Source: Paraspadella gotoi (lineage: Eukaryota; Animalia; Chaetognatha). From it: a DNA stretch of 17,811 bases. The notes below the pieces were generated by a model, which saw only the letters and a program-made list of their open reading frames with translations, did no database searches and was not told the DNA's origin. Numbering within the stretch: the first letter of the stretch is position 1; the number at the start of each line of letters is the position of its first letter. This document shows, in pieces, positions 9,859 through 17,811 of this stretch. The DNA lies in NCBI GenBank assembly GCA_051294375.1, contig JBJCIZ010001453.1:1-17811 (forward strand). Reading direction: 5' to 3'. Both the position numbers and the translations under genes were made by a program.

Positions 9859-9873
9859 ACGCCGTGCCCCGCG
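9828..9873 (+). promoter_or_regulatory. -1 programmed ribosomal frameshift signal (G GGA AAC, 5-nt spacer, stem-loop)
   Basis: The heptamer at 9828-9834 is in X XXY YYZ phase with gag. pol is in the -1 frame and open from 9810 (TGA at 9807-9809). CGCGGG 9840-9845 pairs with CCCGCG 9868-9873, and ACGG 9852-9855 pairs with CCGT 9862-9865. Confidence 0.82.
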
Positions 9874-12800
9874 TCACCACAGAAGATTCACCGGACAATT
9901 TCCTGCTTCGCGTTAAGGACGCCACGGACGGCCGCCACTGGTTGATCGACGGCGGCGCCTTAATTTCATTAATTCCACCAACCTTAGCCCAGCGAGTAGC
10001 AGGACCAACCGGGCCCCAACTTCAAGCGGCGAACGGGAGCCCAATTAATTCTTATGGCATCGCACAACGCCGCATTGTGCTCGGCTCAAGAGTATTTTCG
10101 TTTGACGTCGTCATTGCGGACGTTACGCAAAATATCTTGGGGGCAGATTTTCTCGCCGAGTTTTATCTCGCTCCCAACCATCGAGACGGCACCCTCATCG
10201 ATCTTCGTGACCTCTCCACTATCACATGCGATACCTCAGAGGCCAGCCCTCCCTCCCGAGTCAATTTCATCGATCAGAAGGACAACGTCTTTTATAAGCT
10301 CCTTGACCGCTACCCAGCTTTATCAACGCCAACTTTCGAGATAAGGGAACCCAAGCATGGAGTAAAACATCACATACCAACTTTTGGAAGCCCTTGTCAA
10401 GCAAGAGCAAGACGCTTGCCGCCAGAAAAACTTGCAGTTGCAAAAGCAGAGCTGGAGAAACTAGTCTCGCTTGGCATCGCCAAAAGAGCAAAAAGCTCAT
10501 GGTCGTCTCCTCTCTTGTGCGTGCCAAAAGCTGATGGAGGATGGAGATGCTGCGGAGATTTCCGCAGACTCAACTCCAAAACAAAAGACGATAAATACCC
10601 CGTCAAGTTACTAGCAGATTTCAACGCCGAGCTAGCAGGGAAAAGAATTTTCTCCAAGATTGACCTACTCAAAGGTTACCATCAAATCCCAGTAGCGGAT
10701 GAAGATGTACCAAAGACGGCGGTAATTACCCCTTTTGGCCTGTTCGTATTCCTGAGAACCCCGTTCGGCTTAAAAAACGCCGGACAGGATTTTCAGAGAA
10801 TGATGGACGAGATATTGGGAGACATTCCCCATACTTATGTATATCTCGACGACATCCTCGTTGCCAGCACGGACGAACAGGAACATCTAGAAGACCTTGA
10901 GGCAGTTTTCAAATCCCTCTCTGAAAACGGTTTGGTAGTGAACCGCAAAAAATGCATACTGGGCCAACAGTCGCTCGAATTCCTTGGTTACCTGGTAGAT
11001 GCGACAGGCGTCAAACCCCTTCCCCAGAAGGTCGAGGCGATCCGCGCCACAAACCCGCCCACCACTATCAAGGAACTCCAAAGATTCCTTGGAATGGTAA
11101 ATTATTACCGGCGTTTTATTCCGAAAGCGGCTCAACACGCGGCAGCCCTCTATGACATTCTGGCAGGCAAGCCCAAGCAGTTGAACTGGACTGAGGCATG
11201 CTCCACATCCTTCAACGCAATCAAGGAAGCATTGGCAAATGCAGCGCTTCTCCGACATCCAAAAACGAATGCCCAACTTGCCCTCACGACGGACGCCTCG
11301 GACATCGCCGTCGGCGCAGTTTTAGAGCAGAGGACACCTCAAGGCTGGGAGCCTCTCGCGTTTTTCTCCGCGAAGCTCGATGCGTCACAGCGAAAGTGGC
11401 CGCCATTCGATCGAGAGTTGTATGGGGCATTCAGGGCAGTCAGGCATTTTCGACACTGGCTAGAAGGCAGGTCCTTCACTCTGTATACGGACCATCAATC
11501 CTTAATCCATGCCCTCCACAAACGAGCGGAGCCTCAAACCACTCGTCACAACTTCCAGCTTTCAGTCATATCAGAATTTACGACTGACATCAGACACGTA
11601 AAGGGCAAAGCCAACGTAGTCGCCGATGCCTTGTCGCGACCGAACCCGCCTCCAGTCGCCGCAGTAGACCGACCTGTCCCTCCCGAAAAGATCCAAGACC
11701 TCAGCGCCACGGTTAACGCCATCGGCCAAGAAGGCATAGATTTAGAGGAAATGGCGCGCCATCAGGCTTTGGATCTCGATTTTCAACGCCTATCTCAAGA
11801 CTCCCGGACAGGCCTACAGTTTAGAAAGGTCACTGTCGGCGATCAACAACTTTTTGTCGACATTTCAAATGGCCCAGCAAGACCTTTCGTGCCGGAGTCA
11901 TGGCGTAAAAGGATTTTCGACACCATTCATGGATTGGGCCATCCAGGAGTCGCGCGAACTCGTGATACAATAGCCGCAAAATTTGTTTGGCCATCACTCA
12001 GGGCAGACTCGACCCGTTGGGCGAGAGAATGCATTCCCTGTCAACGATCTAAAGTCACTCGTCACGTGACCCCACACATCGGCGAATTTGAAGTGCCTGC
12101 CAAAAGATTCAACCACTTAAATGTGGACATAACCATCATGCCTACCTCCAACGGTTTCAACAAGCTCCTCACCATCGTCGACAGATTTTCGAGATGGCCT
12201 GCGGCAATCCCGATGAAGGACATGTCGGCCACCTCAGTAATCGACGCCATCGCTCACGGGTGGGTAGCGCAACACGGAATTCCCGCGGCCATCACCACCG
12301 ATCGCGGCGCCCAATTCGCGTCAACAATCTGGACCCAACTAGCCAAAACGTGGGGAATTAAACATTACATGACTGCAGCCTATCATCCCCAGTCCAACGG
12401 GCTCGTCGAACGTTTTCACCGTCGCCTCAAAGAGGCATTGATTGCACTCGGAGATGAGGACCCGAACAAATGGTTCTGGAGACTCCCTTCAGCCCTCTTG
12501 GCCATCCGGACGACCATCAAACCGGACATAGGAGCATCTCCAGCCGAACTTGTCTTTGGCGAAGGACTCGCGGTGCCAGGAGACATCCTACCCCCTCCAA
12601 TCGACGACAGCCGACTCCAAGAGCAACGCAGACATCTACGAAACAACCTTCGAGTTGAAGTAGAACGACTTCAACCAACCGAGACCTCGGCTCATCGAGC
12701 TCCACGCCTTTACCTCCCTGAAACCTTGTCCGACTCCACCCATGTGTTCGTGCAACGCTCAGAAGTGAAGCCCCCTCTCACGGCACCTTATCATGGCCCA

Positions 12801-13406
12801 TATCGGGTCATATCACGTGACAATCTCAATTTCAAGATCGAGATGCCCGGCCGCGGCGTCGAGACGATAGCAATCTCTCGAATTAAACCAGCAACACTCT
12901 GGCGAGACGATGACGGGGAGGAACGAGCCTCCCAACCGTCCCCACCACCGTCACCTCCTCCACCAGGTCGACGCCCCGGTCCCCGCACTCGCCAGCCAGC
13001 GCCAACATCCCGTCAAACTCGATCGTCAACCCGCCGTCAACAGCAGCAACAACAATCACGAAATCATAATCAAGAAGATCTCGACGATGACGAGTTACTT
13101 CACCCACCTTTAGAAACTTCTCCAATAAGCGTGAGAGAGGAAGCATTTTCCCCTAGTGGAGCCACGCCTAATTCCCTCGACGCCAGTGACGCCAGTAAAG
13201 AAAATAATACTTCTGGGAACCCAGCTACAGAACCTTCGGGCGCTCCCCTGATGCCAACGACGACTCAAGCGCCACCACCGGAAGTGCAATGTCAACCACG
13301 CCCACTCCCGAGACGCTCCTTACGTCCGAGACCATCTAAAACTATAAACTCACTCGCTCAGCCGAATTACAATGCCGTTCTCCAACACTTACTCGATATT
13401 AAGTGA
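9855..13406 (+). CDS. pol: Pol polyprotein (aspartic protease, reverse transcriptase, RNase H, integrase with GPY/F module and long C-terminal tail), probably made as a Gag-Pol fusion from ~9834
   Basis: PR: LIDGGA (DGG 9948-9956) and ILGADFL. RT: KIDLLKGYHQI, PFGLKNAG, YLDD (10842-10853), FLGY. RH: TDAS (D 11292), DREL, TDH, ADALSR. IN: H-X3-H...CIPC (11928-12041), D (LNVDI), D (TDRG), E (VERFHR), GPY (12795-12803). The GTG at 9855 is most likely an internal Val, not a start. Confidence 0.96.
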   Translation: MNAVPRVTTEDSPDNFLLRVKDATDGRHWLIDGGALISLIPPTLAQRVAGPTGPQLQAANGSPINSYGIAQRRIVLGSRVFSFDVVIADVTQNILGADFLAEFYLAPNHRDGTLIDLRDLSTITCDTSEASPPSRVNFIDQKDNVFYKLLDRYPALSTPTFEIREPKHGVKHHIPTFGSPCQARARRLPPEKLAVAKAELEKLVSLGIAKRAKSSWSSPLLCVPKADGGWRCCGDFRRLNSKTKDDKYPVKLLADFNAELAGKRIFSKIDLLKGYHQIPVADEDVPKTAVITPFGLFVFLRTPFGLKNAGQDFQRMMDEILGDIPHTYVYLDDILVASTDEQEHLEDLEAVFKSLSENGLVVNRKKCILGQQSLEFLGYLVDATGVKPLPQKVEAIRATNPPTTIKELQRFLGMVNYYRRFIPKAAQHAAALYDILAGKPKQLNWTEACSTSFNAIKEALANAALLRHPKTNAQLALTTDASDIAVGAVLEQRTPQGWEPLAFFSAKLDASQRKWPPFDRELYGAFRAVRHFRHWLEGRSFTLYTDHQSLIHALHKRAEPQTTRHNFQLSVISEFTTDIRHVKGKANVVADALSRPNPPPVAAVDRPVPPEKIQDLSATVNAIGQEGIDLEEMARHQALDLDFQRLSQDSRTGLQFRKVTVGDQQLFVDISNGPARPFVPESWRKRIFDTIHGLGHPGVARTRDTIAAKFVWPSLRADSTRWARECIPCQRSKVTRHVTPHIGEFEVPAKRFNHLNVDITIMPTSNGFNKLLTIVDRFSRWPAAIPMKDMSATSVIDAIAHGWVAQHGIPAAITTDRGAQFASTIWTQLAKTWGIKHYMTAAYHPQSNGLVERFHRRLKEALIALGDEDPNKWFWRLPSALLAIRTTIKPDIGASPAELVFGEGLAVPGDILPPPIDDSRLQEQRRHLRNNLRVEVERLQPTETSAHRAPRLYLPETLSDSTHVFVQRSEVKPPLTAPYHGPYRVISRDNLNFKIEMPGRGVETIAISRIKPATLWRDDDGEERASQPSPPPSPPPPGRRPGPRTRQPAPTSRQTRSSTRRQQQQQQSRNHNQEDLDDDELLHPPLETSPISVREEAFSPSGATPNSLDASDASKENNTSGNPATEPSGAPLMPTTTQAPPPEVQCQPRPLPRRSLRPRPSKTINSLAQPNYNAVLQHLLDIK

Positions 13407-13552
13407 TTTTAAAAAACTCCCCAATTACTTTAACTTTTTATTATTATGTATTACATGTACATACATTCTAAGGTAGTTACATCTCTTAGACAAATCATTT
13501 AGATTACCTGATTGAGCCCAATCCGTTTCCGTAAACACTGATGTTTCCGTCT

Positions 13553-13560
13553 GGGGGGGA
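13553..13560 (+). promoter_or_regulatory. Polypurine tract (GGGGGGGA)
   Basis: Purine run directly abutting the TG of the 3' LTR. Confidence 0.88.
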
Positions 13561-14120
13561 TGTGGATTTGAACCCGAGATTTCCCATCCTTGCATGGAGG
13601 CTCAATCATGTCGCCACTTTGGTAGAATAGAGAAATTAACTTAGAATAGATACTATATCAAGCTTACTTTCATTAACGTTTACACTTATGTTTTACGTAC
13701 ACAAAAGAACATACTCTATTGAGAACTATCTCAGCTGATTTTAATTGTATTTAACTTTAATCAAGAAATTATTCTATGTTTCACAACAAATCCAAAGAAA
13801 ATTAATAACTCACAAAGGAATCAGTTTCGTTATTAATTATTAAATAATTGCATTTTCTATTTACCAAAAATCAGTATATTAAATTGATTAATTAAAATAA
13901 ATTACATTGCATTGTAATATACATATAAGGATCATTTCTCATTGCTTGTTGACAAAGAGCAGAAGGAATATCTATTCTTTGATTATTTTATTAAGGATTT
14001 ACTTTTACCTACTAACCAAGCCAATTGTGTTAACATTGACTTTTACAAACAAAGCTGAACAAACTATTGATATTTGCCTAACGTACGTCAGCGTCAACGC
14101 CATTTCCGTGCCATCCCACA
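13561..14120 (+). repeat. 3' LTR (560 bp)
   Basis: Starts TGTGGAT right after the PPT and ends ATCCCACA. Homologous to 8170-8724. Confidence 0.93.
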
Positions 14121-14124
14121 TTAT
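14121..14124 (+). other. Probable target-site duplication TTA(T)
   Basis: The right flank is TTAT. The left junction reads TTA+TGTGG (8167-8170), which is either a 3-bp TTA duplication or TTAT with one T lost at the junction. Confidence 0.6.
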
Positions 14125-14809
14125 CTACTCAATCGTGAATAAATTAAAACAATTAAATAACATTTGAGTTAGAATTTTGAATTTCTTCTCACCGATAAGT
14201 TGCAGATTTGGGCACGATCGAATTCGTTTTTCGAATCCAGTCGACAATTGTTGCAGTTTTAAATCTTTCTGCATGTCAGTGACAGAAGGAAGGACATCAT
14301 AGATTCCATTTGAAAAATAAAAGAAGACGTGGAACCAAAAAGTTGTTGATTTCCAAATCTTTGTCGTCGTCGTCGTCGTCGTCGTCGCGTCGCCGTCTTT
14401 ATTTAATTATAACGTCATATATTAAATTTGTCTTTTATCATAAAAAGATAATAAATACAAAATAAGGTAGATTTTTAGAGCGTTTAGTTAGATTTCTATA
14501 GTAAATTTTTAATCCCTATTTGTTTAAATTAATCAACCAAGGAATAAAAACATCTGCATCTCTCTTCATTATCATTATTGCTCATTTTTTTGTAATATTT
14601 TGTTAAAGGGCGGAGATTAATAATAAAATTATTTATTATTGTAAATGTAATCATAATACTAAGATAGAACTAATATTAGTTTGGAGATTACTGTTTCTGT
14701 AAAGAAAATCTTGAGAGGCTGATTTTGGTTGATCTTTCTTTTTCTTTCTTTTATTTTTTCTTTCTTTTCTCTTTTTTCACATTATGAGCAGAAATAAATC
14801 AATCATCAT

Positions 14810-15370
14810 TCTCTCTCTCTGCTGCTCTCTCAGTCTCTCTCTCTCTCTTTCCTCTCTCTCACACGTTCTCTCTCTCTCTCTCTCGCCACCCTTAATTCTT
14901 TCTTTTTTTCTTGCCTTTTTTCTTTCTTTTTCTCTTTTTGCACTTTTCTTTCCTAATCTCCGTATTGTTCGCTGCTCAAGATTAAAAAGCAATCTCCTCT
15001 CTCTCTCGCTCTCTCTCTCTTCTCCTCTCTCTCTCTCTCTCTTTCTCTTCCTCTCTCTCTCGTGCTCTCATGGATCGGAAAAAGTGGGCAGGGCGAATGT
15101 GCAAAAAGGGTTGACTCTTTATCCGGATTGATATACCTTATGCAGAGTAAATATAAAAATAAAATAAAAAAAAATATGTCAAAAAAAGTTAATCATAACG
15201 AATGTTTCCTCTATCTTCCTTCATTTCTTTCTTTCCTATCTTTCTCTCTTTCCTCTCTTTCTTTCTTTCCATTCTTTCCTTTCTTATCTTTCGCTTTCTA
15301 TCTTATTTTCTTTCACTTTCTTATTTTTCCTTCCTTTTCCTTCTTCCTTTCCTTTCTTTCCTTTCTTTGC
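14810..15370. repeat. Cluster of (CT)n and (TTTC)n pyrimidine tracts
   Basis: Tracts at ~14810-14885, 14995-15061 and 15207-15370, with short unique spacers. Confidence 0.75.
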
Positions 15371-15492
15371 CCCAGAGCCTGGATAGAGATTGATGTGACA
15401 GAATGCTGGAGCGAAAATCACACAAGGAAAAAATACGCCAAAGGACTTTGATTCTCGGGCAAAATATGAAAACGGCGCTGACCCCATATAAG

Positions 15493-15760
15493 AAACCTTA
15501 CTTAATGTGAGAATAAACCTTAGTTTGTGAAAATAACCTGTTAACTTAAGTGAGATAACCTTTACTTTATGTGGAGAAAAAACTCTTATTTAATGTGAGA
15601 ATCACCTTAGTTTTTGTTTGGAGGATATACCCTTACTTAATGTGAGAATAATCCTTACTTAAGTGGTGAATAATCCTTAACATAAATGTGAGAATAACCC
15701 TTACTGCTGAAGTGGAATTCCCCTAACACCAGTACCTCACTTCAAATGTGAAATATTCCC
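15493..15760. repeat. Minisatellite, ~22-bp unit AACCTTACTTAATGTGAGAATA, roughly 11-12 degenerate copies
   Basis: Recurring ccttacttaatgtgagaata core, e.g. at 15496, 15631 and ~15675, with ~21-24 bp spacing. Confidence 0.85.
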
Positions 15761-15913
15761 CTTGTTCAATTTAAGATAATAATTGATTATCTAATTACAA
15801 AATCTCCCTTTTTTTAGAAATGATTTTGGCGAATCGTGTAAAAAAATCTGACCTCTGTATAAACCAAGATCCCCGATCGCATCACACAGGGGTGATCTTT
15901 TCAATGGTGTAAA

Positions 15914-15927
15914 AGAGAGAGAGAAAG

Positions 15928-15973
<46 letters not shown>

Positions 15974-15976
15974 AGA
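15914..15976. repeat. (GA)n microsatellite
   Basis: Directly visible. Confidence 0.9.
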
Positions 15977-16394
15977 TAGGTTGTACTCTAAATTTACCAA
16001 ATAAAGATACAGGAATGTTAGTTTGATTAAAATTGATTAATATAGACGAAAAAATAGATTTTTAAGCGGCAATAGTAATTTCCGTGAGACCAAATCTTCC
16101 TTTCATCATTTTTTTCTTTTGGCGTTCTTCTCTTTCTTCTTGCTTTTTAAGCTTGTCTTTTTTTTCCCTCCTGCTCCTTTCTCAGTGGCCTTTACTTTTC
16201 CTTTGCGCCTCACATGCTCAAGCCTTGCCTATATACTTTTCACAAAAGTCCATTTAACCTTTACCAGCTGGCATTCTTTCTTTTTCCATGCCTTAACCTT
16301 TCCTCCATGCCTTCCACTTTTTTCCCTGCTTCCATCCTGCCTGCTTTTCTTCTATTGGCGAATGTTTGGCCCTTGAAAGGGAAATGATTTTTCC

Positions 16395-16571
16395 AAGAGG
16401 GGGAGGTGGGGGGAGAAGAGAGGAGGAGGAGGAGGGGAAGAGTGGGAGGAGAGGGGAGGAGGAGGAAGGTGGAGGAGGAGGAGGGGGAGGATGAGGGTGG
16501 AAAAGAAGGAGAGGGAGTGGGAGGAAAGGAGAAGAGAAGGAAGAGAGGAGGAGAAGGGAAGGAGAGGAAAG
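16395..16571. repeat. (GGA)n-rich purine tract
   Basis: Directly visible. Confidence 0.85.
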
Positions 16572-16667
16572 ATTTTACGACGCTTCGAATTTGCTCTGCA
16601 TCTAATAAAGTTGTTGACATTCGACATTTATCTTTGTAGTTGTTGTTGTTGCCTCATCAAGTGCAAA

Positions 16668-16669
16668 CT

Positions 16670-16701
<32 letters not shown>

Positions 16702-17182
16702 CCATCTCTCTGTCTCTCTCTCTCTCTCTCTTTCTCTCATTGTCTCTCTCTCAATCTCACTCGTTCTCGCTAATCCTCTACGACGTTATCGATTTGGGCG
16801 CATCAAGAAATCACCTATCCACCCAGGCGACGGTAGTTTCTCTCTCCTGTCTCTCTCTCCCTCTCTGTCCTCTCTCTCTCTCTCTGTGTATCTCTCTCTC
16901 TCTTTCTCTCGCTTCTGCTATCTCCTTTATTCCGTTTATTCATTCATTCATTAATAAATAGCATTCATCTCTCTCTCTCTCAGAACCTCTCTCTCTCTTC
17001 GTCTCTCTCTGCTTTCTCTGTCCTTGTCCTTTTTCTTTGGTCCGAGAATTATTTGATGCTTTTAATCAAATCGAAAAAATAAAGCGCTCTTTCTCTTTCC
17101 TCTCGTCCTCTTCGTCTCTCTCTACTCCTTCTCTCTCTAATCTCTCTATTTCTTTCCTTTCACTGCTCTCTTCTCTCTTTCT
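16668..17182. repeat. Cluster of imperfect (CT)n tracts
   Basis: Tracts at ~16668-16752, 16838-16925, 16967-17037 and 17087-17182. Confidence 0.75.
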
Positions 17183-17185
17183 TGA

Positions 17186-17186
<1 letters not shown>

Positions 17187-17247
<61 letters not shown>

Positions 17248-17283
17248 TATTATTATTATTATTATTACTATTACTATATTATT
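17187..17283. repeat. (ATT)n microsatellite
   Basis: Directly visible. Confidence 0.92.
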
Positions 17284-17811
17284 GACAATTTTTGCTAATT
17301 CAAGGCAAAATTCCACGCTCGCTCCTTTCTAGTTTGTTAAAAATGAAATTCTAGCGACTACTGGGCGCGCCTTTTGTTTTATAACACTATAAGGAATAAT
17401 GACATGATGAAGTAAAAGAAAAGTAATGGCGTCGCAACACCTAGTTTCTTTCTCTATTTGTTTCTCTCTATTCCACTCTTTCTCTTTCTCCTATCCACTC
17501 CCTCTCTGTCTCGCTAATTTTTTCACCCTCGGCACACGATATCGTATTGCGGCTAGAGAATCGATTGGAAAAAAAGGCGTTGATGCAAAGGCGAGACGAC
17601 GACCGACGACGAGAAATTGGACGAAGGAAGAACACGAATGATATGATGTCTCTACTGATGTCATTCATATCGAAGCTGAAGGTTTAAGCGTAAGAAAACT
17701 TTTTGGATTACATCTTTTTGTTTTTGGACCTCCTGAAGATCGATGAGCACAAAACCTGTGCTTATTTTCCCTAACGCCCCCAATTCATCTTCGACTAGGT
17801 CTAAAATTAGG

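Larger units (their letters stand above)
8170..14120 (+). mobile_element. Full-length Ty3/Gypsy LTR retrotransposon, CsRn1-like clade (~5.95 kb)
   Basis: Seen: direct LTRs with TG...CA ends, a TGG-initiated PBS after the 5' LTR, a PPT before the 3' LTR, and uninterrupted gag and pol ORFs. Established: PR-RT-RH-IN order defines Ty3/Gypsy, and a C-X2-H-X9-C-X3-C Gag knuckle is characteristic of the CsRn1 clade. The clade call rests on motifs, not on a phylogeny. Confidence 0.95.

Noticed and set aside
8796-13295. Short antisense and alternate-frame ORFs within gag-pol
   Set aside because: Expected shadow ORFs of a long coding region. None is over 130 aa or has recognisable motifs.
13407-13552. 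Possible env or third ORF
   Set aside because: Only 146 bp of AT-rich sequence lies between the pol stop and the PPT.
13896-13901. AATAAA poly(A) signal in the 3' LTR
   Set aside because: Not present at the equivalent site of the 5' LTR (AATAAT), and the region is indel-noisy, so it cannot be called.
15493-15760. CRISPR-like array
   Set aside because: Units are contiguous with no unique spacers, the context is eukaryotic, and there are no cas genes.
17640-17760. Unique island at the window end as an exon
   Set aside because: Short open frames exist on both strands with no consistent splice pair or recognisable peptide.

Overview
Eukaryotic, very microsatellite-rich genomic DNA with no CpG depletion, probably from an invertebrate (inference). 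The one well-supported element is a full-length, structurally intact Ty3/Gypsy LTR retrotransposon of CsRn1-like type on the + strand (8170-14120). It has ~555-560 bp LTRs with TGTGGAT...ATCCACA ends, a PBS, a gag with a CHCC zinc knuckle, a -1 frameshift cassette (G GGA AAC plus stem-loop), a pol in PR-RT-RH-IN order with a 170-aa C-terminal tail, and a poly-G PPT. The flanks hold simple repeats ((AG)n, (ACG)n, (CCG)n, (GGTC)n, (ATT)n), a 22-bp minisatellite, one or two MITE-like inverted-repeat elements and several short unique islands that may be host exons. Almost all other ORFs in the track are artefacts of low-complexity sequence. The AT-rich and repetitive parts look noisy (indel-rich), so fine detail outside gag-pol is uncertain. 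I see no clearly new biological system; the most interesting points are details of the retroelement.
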